Source of the DNA: Trueperaceae bacterium
Lineage (GTDB): Bacteria; Deinococcota; Deinococci; Deinococcales; Trueperaceae
Assembly (NCBI GenBank): GCA_965213705.1
Contig: OZ243913.1
Coordinates: 3,808,001-3,872,000, forward strand
DNA: 64,000 bases
Reading direction: 5' to 3'
Position numbers and translations under genes: made by a program. The first letter of the stretch is position 1; every line of letters begins with the position of its first letter. Below the pieces are notes generated by a model, which did no database searches, was not told where the DNA came from, and saw nothing but the letters and a program-made list of their open reading frames with translations. This document shows positions 48,659-58,800 of the stretch, in pieces.

Positions 48659-48687
48659 ATAGCCTGTTCGGTGACCGAACAGGCTAT
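48659..48687. terminator. Hairpin after clpC
   Basis: ATAGCCTGTTCGG-TGA-CCGAACAGGCTAT; weak U-tract. Confidence 0.55.
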
Positions 48688-48790
48688 GCTGTTGGGGTGC
48701 TAAGGCAAAACGGACAAGTTTGGCGGTGTACGGTTGGGCCTCGAGCCTTTGATATTCGAACACTTTTGAAAGAGGCCGCCAGGTTTCGCT

Positions 48791-50128
48791 GTGGCTAAGG
48801 TTGCGACGACTTACGTTTGTACCGAGTGCGGTACGCAGTCACCCGTGAAAATGGGTCGCTGCCCGCGCTGCGGCAGTTGGGGCAGCATGGAAGCCAAGCT
48901 AGAAGCCACCCCGTCCGCCCGTGGCACGCCGCCTAGCTTGCGCGGTCTCAGCGCGCAGGTGCAAACCCTGGCCGAGGTCGAAGACGCCGGTCTGGTCCGC
49001 TTTTCTGCGGGCGTGGACGAGGTCGACCGGGTGCTCGGCGGCGGCTGGGTGCCGGGCTCGGCGCTGCTGCTTGCCGGGGAGCCGGGCATAGGCAAGTCGA
49101 CGCTGCTGTTGCAACTCGCGCACCACGCCGCCAAGGCGGGACGCAGCCTTCTTTACGTGGCGGGCGAAGAGTCGTTGGCCCAGGTCAAGATGCGCGCCGA
49201 GCGCTTAAGCGTCGGCTCAACGATGAGCCTGACCCGCGAGACCGACGCGCGCGTCTTGGCCGAACACCTGCGCGGCGTTGCCCCCGACCTCGTCATCGTC
49301 GACTCGATTCAAACCTTGAACAGCGAGGACGGCGGCACGCCCGGCAGCCTCACGCAGGTGCGCGACGGGACCGCGCTCCTCACGCAGGCCGCCAAGGACT
49401 CGGGCAGCACCCTGGTCTTGATAGGACACGTGACCAAACAGGGCTCCATCGCCGGGCCGAAAGTGGTCGAGCACGTCGTCGACGCGACGCTGGCGCTGGA
49501 GTCGGCGGCGGGGTTTCGGGTGTTGCGCGCCATTAAAAACCGCTTCGGCCCGGCGGGCGAGATGGGCGTGTTCGAAATGGCGGGCGACGGGATGCGCGCG
49601 GTCGCCAACCCGTCCGAAGCGTTTTTGGCCGAGCGGCCCCAAGGCGTCGCAGGTTCGGTAGTGGTGGCGGCGTTGGAGGGGCAGCGGCCCCTGCTGTTGG
49701 AGGTACAAGCGCTGGCGGCAAAGTCGCCGTACTCTTCACCCAAACGTGTGGTGCAAGGCCTCGACACGCGCCGGGTCGACCTGGTGTTGGCGGTGCTCGA
49801 GCGCCGTTTGGAACTTCCTTTGGCCGCCCTCGACGTGTACGTCAACGTCGCCGGCGGTTTGCGGCTCACCGACCCCGGCACCGACCTGGCGGTGGCGGTG
49901 GCGGTCTACTCGGCCGTGACCAACCGCCCCGTGCCCGAGGCGACCGCCTTTGTGGGCGAGGTGGGTTTAGCCGGCGAGGTGCGCTCGGTCGCGCAGCTCG
50001 AGCGCCGCGCCGCGGAAGCCGCGCGGGCGGGCTATCCCCGGCTCATCTCGCCGCCCGCCGCGGGCGCGAAAACGGTGCAGGTAAAGTCGCTCGAGGCCGC
50101 CCTGCGCGCTGTATGGAGTACCGAATGA
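48791..50128 (+). CDS. radA: DNA repair protein RadA/Sms
   Basis: C4 zinc finger, GEPGIGKST, KNRFG, Lon-like C-terminus. Confidence 0.95.
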   Translation: MAKVATTYVCTECGTQSPVKMGRCPRCGSWGSMEAKLEATPSARGTPPSLRGLSAQVQTLAEVEDAGLVRFSAGVDEVDRVLGGGWVPGSALLLAGEPGIGKSTLLLQLAHHAAKAGRSLLYVAGEESLAQVKMRAERLSVGSTMSLTRETDARVLAEHLRGVAPDLVIVDSIQTLNSEDGGTPGSLTQVRDGTALLTQAAKDSGSTLVLIGHVTKQGSIAGPKVVEHVVDATLALESAAGFRVLRAIKNRFGPAGEMGVFEMAGDGMRAVANPSEAFLAERPQGVAGSVVVAALEGQRPLLLEVQALAAKSPYSSPKRVVQGLDTRRVDLVLAVLERRLELPLAALDVYVNVAGGLRLTDPGTDLAVAVAVYSAVTNRPVPEATAFVGEVGLAGEVRSVAQLERRAAEAARAGYPRLISPPAAGAKTVQVKSLEAALRAVWSTE

Positions 50129-51228
50129 AGGCGGCGACCGAGCACGAGCGACCGGCGCGCGACCCGGTCGAACGCGAACGCGCCTCGTCCGCGCAGACCG
50201 TCGCGCGGGGCACGCTGAGTTTGCTCGGGGGTATTTTGGGGTTCAACGCCGCGCTGCTGTTCCAGGACGGTTTGCTGCCGGGGACCTACAACCTCGTTTA
50301 CCTGACCGTGCTGGGCGTGCTGGTTGGGTTTCTGCTGAGCTTGCCGCTCGCCAAACGCTGGGAGCGGTTGTGGCTGCGCATAAGCGCCTACCTGCGGCGC
50401 ATCTCTCCCCAGACCATCCTCGCCGCCGGGGTGGGCACGACGGTCGCGCTCGTGATTACGGTGCTGCTGAACACGGTGCTCGAGGCGGTGCCCGGCTTTA
50501 CCTGGTACTGGTCGCTCCTCATCACGCTTTTTTTAGTCGCGGGCTCGTCGTGGTTTTTTGTCAAAAATAGTCAGCAACTCGCGCTGTTCGTGCCACGGGC
50601 GACGCCGCCGCAAGTGCCCAGCAGCGACGCGCGCCTCAAACTGCTGGACACCTCCGCGATTATCGACGGGCGCATCAACGACATCGTCGAGGCGAACTTT
50701 CTGGACGGCCAACTTCTCATTCCGCGCTTTGTGCTGGCCGAGTTGCAAAACATCGCCGACTCGTCCGACCCGCTGCGCCGCAACCGCGGCCGGCGCGGCT
50801 TAGAAGTGTTGGACAAGCTCGTCGCCCAGGGACGCGTCACGGTTAAAATCGTCAGCGACGACGTTCCCGAGGTCAAAGAGGTCGACGAAAAACTCGTCCG
50901 GCTGTGCCAGAGCCGCCAGGCCGCGCTCGTCACCACCGACTACAACTTAAACCGCGTAGCAGCCCTCCAAAACGTGCGCGTGCTGAACGTCCACAGCCTC
51001 GCCAACGTGATGCGGGCGACGTTTCTGCCCGGCGAGCGCCTGACGTTGCCCATCAGCAAAGAGGGTCGGGAACCCGGTCAAGGTCTTGCCTATTTGGACG
51101 ACGGCACGATGGTCGTGGTCGAAGACGGCTCCCGGTTCGTCGGCACGACCACCGACGTGCTGGTGACGAGCAACCTGCAAACCAACATGGGTCGGATGAT
51201 TTTTGCGCGACCGTACCGGGAGGATTGA
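50125..51228 (+). CDS. PIN/TRAM domain membrane protein (YacL-like)
   Basis: Four TM segments, LDTSAIIDGRI, RGRRGL, YLDDGTMVVVE; ATGA overlap with radA. Confidence 0.9.
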   Translation: MKAATEHERPARDPVERERASSAQTVARGTLSLLGGILGFNAALLFQDGLLPGTYNLVYLTVLGVLVGFLLSLPLAKRWERLWLRISAYLRRISPQTILAAGVGTTVALVITVLLNTVLEAVPGFTWYWSLLITLFLVAGSSWFFVKNSQQLALFVPRATPPQVPSSDARLKLLDTSAIIDGRINDIVEANFLDGQLLIPRFVLAELQNIADSSDPLRRNRGRRGLEVLDKLVAQGRVTVKIVSDDVPEVKEVDEKLVRLCQSRQAALVTTDYNLNRVAALQNVRVLNVHSLANVMRATFLPGERLTLPISKEGREPGQGLAYLDDGTMVVVEDGSRFVGTTTDVLVTSNLQTNMGRMIFARPYRED

Positions 51229-51235
51229 GAACAAT

Positions 51236-51256
51236 ACCGAGGACCGAGTGAAAAGT
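51236..51256 (+). repeat. Dispersed heptamer-built repeat, copy C
   Basis: ACCGAGG ACCGAGT GAAAAGT followed by GGAAAGT. Confidence 0.75.
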
Positions 51257-51348
51257 GGAAAGTAGGGTCGGGAGTTTCGTTCCTACCGGCTTACTTGCCC
51301 AAACTCATGAAAAGTGCGGACAACAGAAGCCGGCCGGGGTTGAGCACG

Positions 51349-52803
51349 TCAGAAAGGTGCCAGCGGCGCGAAAGCCGCACCTGCCCGGTGTTCCAGCACG
51401 GCGGCCAGGCGCACCAGGCGCTCGTCTTGCAGGGCGGGGGCGACGAACTGGACGCCACAGGGAAGACCGTCTTCGGCGGTCCCGGCCGGAACGCTGATGG
51501 CGGGGAGGCCCGCCAAGCTGGCTAAGACCGTGTCGACGTCGTCTAAGTACATGGCGAGCGGGTCGGCACTTTTTTCGCCGAGCTTGTAGGCGACCGTGGG
51601 CGAGGTGGGCGTGAGCAAAAAGTCGTACTGTTCGAAGGCGCGTTCGAAGTCTTGGGCGATAAGTCGGCGCACCTTGAGCGCTTTGCCGTAGTAGGCGTCG
51701 TAGTAGCCCGCCGAAAGCGCGTAGGTACCCATGAGCACGCGGCGGCGCACTTCGGGGCCGAACGTGCTGCCACGCGTTTCACTCATCACGGCGGCTTGGC
51801 CGAGCGCGTCCGCGCCGACCCGAGCGCTGTACACCATCCCGTCGAAACGCGCCAAGTTGCTGCTCGCCTCGGCGGGCGCGACGAGGTAGTAGACCGCGAC
51901 GCCGTAGGGCGCGTGGGGTAGCGACACGTTGCCGACGGTGGCACCCAAGCCCTCGAGCCCCGCCCTCACCCGCTCCAACGCCGCACGTACGCCCGCGCTG
52001 TTGCCTGCGCCACTCAACTCCTCGACCACACCGACGCGCACCCCCGTCAGGTCGTCCAAACCGTCCAGCGCCGCCCCAAACTCGGGCGCGACCGCCACAC
52101 TCGTCGCGTCACAGGGGTCGTGCCCGCTCATGACGTCGAGGGCGAGGGCCACGTCTCGTGCGCTGCGCGCGAGCACGCCGACCTGGTCGAGCGAACTTGC
52201 AAAGGCGACGACCCCGTAGCGCGACAACCGGCCGTAGGTGGGTTTGAAACCGATGACGCCGCACAACGCCGCCGGTTGCCGCACCGAGCCGCCCGTGTCG
52301 GTGCCGAGCGCTAAGGGAGCGACCCCCGTCGCCACCGCCACCGCCGAGCCGCCCGACGAGCCGCCCGGCACGTACGCCGAGTCCCACGGGTTGCGCGCCG
52401 CGCCGAACGCCGAATTCTCGTTGCTGCTGCCCATCCCGAACTCGTCTAAGTTCGCCTTGGCGACGACGACTGCCCCGGCAGCCTCCAAGCGCTTGACCAC
52501 CGTCGCGCTGTAGGGCGGAACAAAGTGCTCCAAACTTTTGGACCCCGCCGTCGTGCGAACCCCGGCGGTGCAGATGTTGTCTTTTATGACGACCGGCACC
52601 CCGGCGAGCGGGCCGACCGGCTCTCCCCTGACAATCGAATCGTCCACGGCTCGAGCCCGCGCCAGCGCTTCTTCGTGAAGAACGGTGACAAAGGCGTTGA
52701 GGCCGCGTACCGCTTCGGCCCTCTCCAGCGACTCGCGCACCGACCTTTCGGCACTCTGTTCACCCGCGGCGGTGCGGCGCGCTGTCTCAAAAGCAAACTC
52801 CAT
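51349..52803 (-). CDS. gatA: Asp/Glu-tRNA amidotransferase subunit A
   Basis: KDNI, PGGSSGGS, GTDTGGSVRQPA, EASSNLARFDG, LSAGYYDAYY; leaderless TATAGT-N7-ATG. Confidence 0.95.
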   Translation of the reverse strand: MEFAFETARRTAAGEQSAERSVRESLERAEAVRGLNAFVTVLHEEALARARAVDDSIVRGEPVGPLAGVPVVIKDNICTAGVRTTAGSKSLEHFVPPYSATVVKRLEAAGAVVVAKANLDEFGMGSSNENSAFGAARNPWDSAYVPGGSSGGSAVAVATGVAPLALGTDTGGSVRQPAALCGVIGFKPTYGRLSRYGVVAFASSLDQVGVLARSARDVALALDVMSGHDPCDATSVAVAPEFGAALDGLDDLTGVRVGVVEELSGAGNSAGVRAALERVRAGLEGLGATVGNVSLPHAPYGVAVYYLVAPAEASSNLARFDGMVYSARVGADALGQAAVMSETRGSTFGPEVRRRVLMGTYALSAGYYDAYYGKALKVRRLIAQDFERAFEQYDFLLTPTSPTVAYKLGEKSADPLAMYLDDVDTVLASLAGLPAISVPAGTAEDGLPCGVQFVAPALQDERLVRLAAVLEHRAGAAFAPLAPF

Positions 52804-52850
52804 GCCGGGAACTATATCAGAAGGGCCAAGTAAAAAGTGCCGAGAAAAAG

Positions 52851-52871
52851 ACTCTCCACTTGGTCCTCCGA
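52851..52871 (-). repeat. Dispersed heptamer-built repeat, degenerate copy D
   Basis: TCGGAGG ACCAAGT GGAGAGT, four mismatches to copy A. Confidence 0.5.
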
Positions 52872-52935
52872 ACTTGGTCCTTTTCTGTGGCTCCCGGTAA
52901 CCGCGTCCCGGCACTGGTGGGATAGAGTAAAGGCT

Positions 52936-53922
52936 ATGGCGGTCAAACTCGGCAAGGGGGCAAAGCGCTCGGGGACAAGCGTGGTCCACGCGGCGGCGAG
53001 CGAGGCCGGACCCGTGCGCCAGGTCAACCAAGACAGCTTTTTTGTGGGCGAACTGGGCGGCGGTTACCTGGCGGTCGTGGCCGACGGCATGGGCGGGCAC
53101 AGCACGGGCGAGGTCGCCAGCCAAAAGGCCGTCGAAATCATCCGCCGCGAACTTGCGCAAAGCCGCAGCTATCCGCCCGCCGCGCTCGCGCGGGCGGTGC
53201 AGAGCGCCAACCTAGAGATTTTCGACTACGCCGCCGACCACCCCGAGCACCACGGCATGGGCACCACGCTGACCGCGGTGTTTATCGACGACCAGGTGGG
53301 CTTGGTGGGTCACGTCGGGGACTCTCGACTTTACCTGGTGCGTGACGAGTCCATCCAGCAACTTACCTTCGACCACAGTTGGGTCGCCGAACGGGTCCGC
53401 CAGGGTACCCTGACAACGGAAGAAGCCAAGCATCACCGCCTGCGCAACATCATCACCAACGCGCTCGGCGCGCTGCCCGAGGTCAAACTCGACCTGTCCC
53501 ACTTCGAGGTCAAAAAGGGGGACCGCTTGCTGCTTTGCAGCGACGGCGTCAACACGCTGCTCAGCGACGACAAGCTGTTGGAAACCGTCCAAAGTCGCCC
53601 GCCCGGAGAAGCTGCGCGGTGCCTTGTCGACGCCGCCAACGCCCTCGGCAGCCCGGACAACGTCACGGCGGTCGTTTTGGAAGTCACCGGGGTCGAGACG
53701 CGCCAAAAGAAGTACGCCCTGCCGCCCGAAGTCCGGGACGAGGCGCGCTCGGTAACCATCGGCGGCACCATGAGCGGCATTCGCAAGGTCGAAGAAACGT
53801 TTCCCAAACGTGACGCCTGGTCCAACCTCAAACGCAAAACCTGGTTTCCCTACCGCTTTTGGATCCTGGGTTCGCTCTACATGATTTTGCTCATCGTCGC
53901 CTTCAGTTTGTGGCGGCCGTAG
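52936..53922 (+). CDS. PP2C-family Ser/Thr phosphatase with C-terminal TM anchor
   Basis: NQD, VADGMGG, GTT, HVGDSR, CSDG, DNVT. Confidence 0.92.
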   Translation: MAVKLGKGAKRSGTSVVHAAASEAGPVRQVNQDSFFVGELGGGYLAVVADGMGGHSTGEVASQKAVEIIRRELAQSRSYPPAALARAVQSANLEIFDYAADHPEHHGMGTTLTAVFIDDQVGLVGHVGDSRLYLVRDESIQQLTFDHSWVAERVRQGTLTTEEAKHHRLRNIITNALGALPEVKLDLSHFEVKKGDRLLLCSDGVNTLLSDDKLLETVQSRPPGEAARCLVDAANALGSPDNVTAVVLEVTGVETRQKKYALPPEVRDEARSVTIGGTMSGIRKVEETFPKRDAWSNLKRKTWFPYRFWILGSLYMILLIVAFSLWRP

Positions 53923-54052
53923 CTTTGCTTGCCTTTGAATCCCGCTGACGCGCTGTTTTTGGCGCGTTGAACCGGAGACGAGGTTTTGTCTCCACTTTTC
54001 ACCCGGTACTTTCCAGCCTTTACCGCTGTTACACTGAGGCCGGAGGCCAGTC

Positions 54053-54433
54053 ATGAAGACGATTGTTCACACCGACCGCGCGCCCGCCGCCATCGGCCCT
54101 TATTCGCAGGCCGTGCGCGCCGGAAGCTTTCTTTTCACCTCCGGGCAAATTCCCCTGAAACCCGACGGCAGTTTGGAAACGGGCGACGTAGCCGCGCAGA
54201 CCGAACAGGTACTCACCAACCTCAAAGCTGTTTTGGAGGCGGGCGGGGCGGGCCTCGAGCACGTCGTCAAGTGCACCTGCTTTTTGAGCGACATGAACCA
54301 CTTCAGCGCCATGAACGAGGTTTACGCCCGCTTTTTCGCCGACGAGCCGCCCGCCCGGAGCGCCGTCGAAGTGGCGCGGTTGCCGAGAGACGTGCTGGTC
54401 GAAATCGAAGCGGTCGCCCTGGTTTCCGAATAA
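54053..54433 (+). CDS. ridA: RidA family enamine/imine deaminase
   Basis: APAAIGPYSQA, SGQIP, PARS, VEIE. Confidence 0.92.
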   Translation: MKTIVHTDRAPAAIGPYSQAVRAGSFLFTSGQIPLKPDGSLETGDVAAQTEQVLTNLKAVLEAGGAGLEHVVKCTCFLSDMNHFSAMNEVYARFFADEPPARSAVEVARLPRDVLVEIEAVALVSE

Positions 54434-54557
54434 ACCACAGCCCCGAATAACTTACAGCGCGCAGGTCCCGCACAAGTGAGAAAGGTACCGCGCCGGGGTC
54501 GGCAGCTTTTTGTAGGCTCGAGCGGCGTTACCCGGCAAACCTCGAGCTAAGCTGAGA

Positions 54558-54634
54558 ACGTCACCAGGGGTGCCCGCCAAGGGCTGAGAACAAACCCTCG
54601 AACCTGAACCCGGTCACGCGGGCGTAGGAAGCGT
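54558..54634 (+). ncRNA. TPP riboswitch
   Basis: AGGGGUGC...GCUGAGA...ACCC..GAACCUGA.CC.G....C.GGCGUAGGAA; downstream TCCTTTCTG/CGGAAGGGA hairpin masks the RBS, and CTGGTGACG can pair with CGTCACCAG. Confidence 0.92.
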
Positions 54635-54686
54635 CGACAAAAAGCGCACAGGTCCAGTCCTTTCTGGTGACGGAAGGGATATTTTA

Positions 54687-55796
54687 ATGAACAGCAAAAA
54701 GAAAAATTTGCCGAGAAAAAAGACAGGGGCGGCTTTTCGTCTTCTCCTTTCTCCTTTCTCTCTCCTCTTAGCCGCCTTTTTCAGTGCTGCTTTGGGTCAA
54801 CTGACCGTCTTGACGCACGACTCGTTCGCGCTTTCCGAAGCGGTGGTGCAGCGGTTCACCGACGAGACGGGTATCGAGGTGGAATTTTTGCCCGCCGGGG
54901 ACGCGGGCGAGACCGTGAACCGGGCCATCCTCACCAAAGCGAGACCGCTGGGCGACGTACTTTACGGCGTCGACAACAGTTTGTTGGCTCGAGCCGTGGC
55001 CGAGGGCATCTTCGAGCCCTACCGGAGCCCGGCGCTTGCGAGCGTCGACCCGCGCTACCGCTTCGACCCGCAAGGCTACGTGACGCCGGTCGACGTCGGC
55101 TTTGTCAACTTCAACCTGGACAAGGCGTATTTTGAAGAGTCGGGTGTGGCGCTGCCGACCTCTTTGGAAGACCTGACCGACCCCGCTTATAAAAGTTTGA
55201 CCGTCGTTACGAACCCCACGACGAGCAGCCCCGGTTTGGCCTTTATGCTCACCACCGTTCGGCACTTCGGGACGACGGGAGACTATACCTGGCTCGAGTA
55301 TTGGGCGGACCTCCGTGACAACGGGGTGCAGGTCTCGAGCGGTTGGGGAAACGCCTACTATACTGTTTTCAGCCGCTACGGCGGCGAAACCCCCATCGTC
55401 CTGAGCTACGCCAGCAGCCCGGCGGCGGAGGTGATGTTCGCGGACACGCCGCTCAGCGACGCGCCGACCGCCAACCTCTTTTGCGAACGGTGCGTTTACC
55501 AACAAATCGAGGCGGTAGGGATTTTGAAGGGGACGAAAAACCGCGCGGCCGCCGAAAAGTTCGTCGACTTTATGCTGAGCGAGGCAGTGCAAGCCGACAT
55601 TCCGGCTAACATGTTCGTCTACCCGGTCGTCGCGAACACGCCCCTACCCGCCGAGTTCGTCAGTTACGGCCAGGTGCCGAGCCCGGCGGAGATAGCCGAG
55701 CTGCCTTCGGAAGAAATTGAGGCCAACCTACGAACCTGGCTCGAGCAGTGGACGGCCGTGGTTGAACAGGGCCGCGCGCCGGGGAGCGTGCGCTAG
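54687..55796 (+). CDS. thiB: Thiamine ABC transporter substrate-binding protein
   Basis: THDSF, GDAG, GVDN, TSSPGLAF, SYASSP; downstream of the TPP riboswitch. Confidence 0.9.
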   Translation: MNSKKKNLPRKKTGAAFRLLLSPFSLLLAAFFSAALGQLTVLTHDSFALSEAVVQRFTDETGIEVEFLPAGDAGETVNRAILTKARPLGDVLYGVDNSLLARAVAEGIFEPYRSPALASVDPRYRFDPQGYVTPVDVGFVNFNLDKAYFEESGVALPTSLEDLTDPAYKSLTVVTNPTTSSPGLAFMLTTVRHFGTTGDYTWLEYWADLRDNGVQVSSGWGNAYYTVFSRYGGETPIVLSYASSPAAEVMFADTPLSDAPTANLFCERCVYQQIEAVGILKGTKNRAAAEKFVDFMLSEAVQADIPANMFVYPVVANTPLPAEFVSYGQVPSPAEIAELPSEEIEANLRTWLEQWTAVVEQGRAPGSVR

Positions 55797-55864
55797 CGCG
55801 GGCTTGTAGTCAGTGGCTCGTAAGTTGGGGAGCAAAGCCTACTGGCTAGGAGCTACCGACCCGT

Positions 55865-58800
55865 TCAGGCGTAGTCCGGGCGCGACTCGAGCAGGTACTT
55901 GAACGAGGTGACCAAGTAACCGCTCGTCGCCTGCGGCGGCAACTCGTAAAAAGCGGCCCAGGCCTCGGCCTTGTCCGCGTCGTAGTGGGGTTCGCGTTCG
56001 GGGTGGTGGTTGAGGTAAGCGAGCCGCACCGCGTGGCCGATGATGACGTCCAGCACGAGGTAGTCGTCTATCTTGAAGGCGGCGTTTTGGGCCAACACGC
56101 GGGCCAAAATGGTGAGGGTTTCGATGTTGAGTTGCCGGTACTCGGGCGAGGGAATCTTGTTGAGCAAGTGGTCTACTTGCAGCGCGAACTTTTTCTCGCC
56201 CGGCGTCATTTCGGCCAGCAACGTGTGGCTGGCAAGTCGGTTGCGGCGCTCCAACTTGTCACCGATAATCAGCCCGCGGCAGTGCGTCATAAGTTGCCAC
56301 ACCCCCTCGTAAAAACCGCCCGGTATCCGGCTCAGGATGCCTTCGCGCCGCCGCCAGCGCCACCAACCGCCCTCGGGCTCGGCCGGGGGAACGGCGTCCA
56401 GGGTGTAGACGAGTTCGTCGCCCGAGCGCTCCACCTGGATGAGTTCTTGGTGTTTCAAAACTTGTTCTTTGTCGCCGTACTTCAACAGCACCTCGCGCAA
56501 CCGCTCTTGCACCTCGGCGGGGGGCAGCTGCATAAGGCATTCGTAACCCTCGTCCTGGGTGACGCCCAGCTCGAGCGCCAGGTCGCTCACCAGCAACAAC
56601 ACGAGGTAACCCACCCGCACCGACGACAAGCCGCGGAACAGCTCGGGCTCGGCGCGAATCAGTAGGCCCAAGTAGATGATGAGTTCCTGGGTGAGCACCC
56701 GGTCGCGGATGTCCTCGCGGCAAAACTCGGCGATTTTTTCCAGCAGCGCCGCCTGCGGCAAGGGTTTGGTGATGAGCGAACGCTCGCTATACGCCTTGCC
56801 GATGAGCAGCGACTTTTGGCGCACCAGAATGTCGGTGACGCTGTCGCTCAGCGCCACGTCGACCTTGTTGAGCAGCCCCGCCGCCCGCCGCACCACCGCC
56901 CACAAGCGCAACTCACCGGTGACCTCGTAGACCTCTTCTAAGAGCACGCGCACCGTGTCGCGCCCGGACACTGAGGTAGGGGGGTCGTCGGCTGCGTCGG
57001 CTGCGTCAGGGTTCGCGCCGGACGCGCCGAGTTCCAGGTCGAGGTCGAAGTCCAGCCCGAAGTGTTTCGCGCACAGGGTCAACACTTCGACGTGTTCGAA
57101 CAGGTTTTGGGACACAGCCAAGCGGTGGCGAAAAAGCCCCAGACCGCCGCCCAGCTCGAGCGCCAGCTCCTCGTCGGGCGTGAGCAGCCGGGTCGCTTCG
57201 AGAGCGAACCTCAACCGGCGCTGAGCGGGTTGAGCAGCGGCCGCCGCGGCGTCACTGAAGGCGAAGTCGTGGAGGTTGTCGATGCGCTCAACGTTGGCGG
57301 TTTGCAGCAGCAAGTTCAGCGGCGCAAGCTTGACCGGCACGCCCGCGCAAGTGCCGCCGCGCAGCTCGCTCATCAGTTCGTAGAGCGCGCCTTCGCCGTT
57401 CTCCAGCAGGGTACGGCTCAACACGAGCGTCATGGTCGGGCGGCCCACGTAAGACCAGGTGCGGTGCAAGTAAGCGAGTTCGGCCTTGAAGCGGGTGACT
57501 AAAAAAGCCGGGTCGAGCGACAGGTAGAACTCGCGCTGGTCGAAAAACGCCGGGGGGCAGACCGCCCACTCGCCCGCCAAACGGAACACCCGCGAACTCG
57601 ACAGGGTCAGCAGTCTGCGCACCGGCCGCCCGGTCAGCCCGAGCTTGTCGTTGCGCCCGATTTGGTAGTACGCCTCGGCGAGTTCGGTGGCGCTGTAGAG
57701 TTCGACCGGCTGGATTTGTTCAGGCGTTTGGGCGCGCACCCCTTGCGCGGCAAGCTCCTCTTGCACCGCAACGTCTTCGGCCAGGAGCGCGATTTGCACG
57801 ACCGGCCGCGCAGTTTTGTCGAGCCGGTTGTGACGGCCCAGCGGGTCGACGTCGTAGACGCTGATAAGCTTGTCGTTCAGCAGCTCGCCCAACCAGTACA
57901 AGCTCTGCGCCCACACCAAGGGCACGTTGGCGTTGGGCAGCCGCGCTTGCGAACCCGGCGCGGCGCGCTCGGCGGAAATCGCCTCGGCGGGAACGTAGTA
58001 GAGTTCGGGCAGCAGCGCGTAGCCGTCCCGCTTCACGGCGACTTCTTCGAGCTTGGCCCGGTACTCCTGAACTTGCTCGGGCCGGTCGAAGAAAATGCCG
58101 TCCAGCACGAGGTAGCTGAAAAACAGCGGCCACTCGCTCTCGACGTGTTCGAACTTTTGCAGTTCTTGGGGTTCGTAGTGGAGGCGTTCGGTCGTTTCCA
58201 GGGCGGTTTGGTGGCCGTCGCGCAGGAAGCGCTTCAGGCCGTAACGCCCGCCGAGTTTGGACAGGATCGCGGCTCGAGTGCGCTCGATAAGCGCTTTGTC
58301 CTCGACCGCAAAGGCCGGAAAGCTGATAGCCGACAGCAGCGCCGCGTCGGTTTCTTTCGAACTCGACTCGCGCGGCAAAAACGCTTCCAGGGTCACGCGC
58401 GCCCGCGCCACCTCGTCGGGCAGCACGTGGATGACCGAGGCTTGCGAGCCGCGCACCCCGAACAAGTCGAAACCCGACAGCGCTTCCAAAGCCGCCTTGG
58501 CGAGCGCGACTGAGCTGGCGTTGAGTTCGGGCTGGCCGTGGTTGGTCTTGTCGCCGCGCTCCCAAATGCCGTAGTCGGGCGTGCGGTAGGCGCGGCCGAT
58601 ATAAAAAACGAGGTTCTGGACGAAGTTCACCTCGTCGAGCGCGTAGATGATGGTGAGGCCCGACGCCGTCATCTGCGCGAGCATCAGCAAATAAAGCGAG
58701 GTTGCGTCGAGCTGCAAGTGGCCCCAGGCGTGGTCGGCGATGACCGTGTCGCCGGTAGCGGTGTCGTACTTGGCGTGAAGCGAGGCAAGCGGGTCCTGGG

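Noticed and set aside
48700..48790. SOS box or RDRM upstream of radA
   Set aside because: Only a CGAAC half-site; no convincing palindrome
6066..52871. CRISPR array from the repeated 21-mer or the ACCGGT array
   Set aside because: Copies are kilobases apart or lack 30-40 nt spacers; no cas genes
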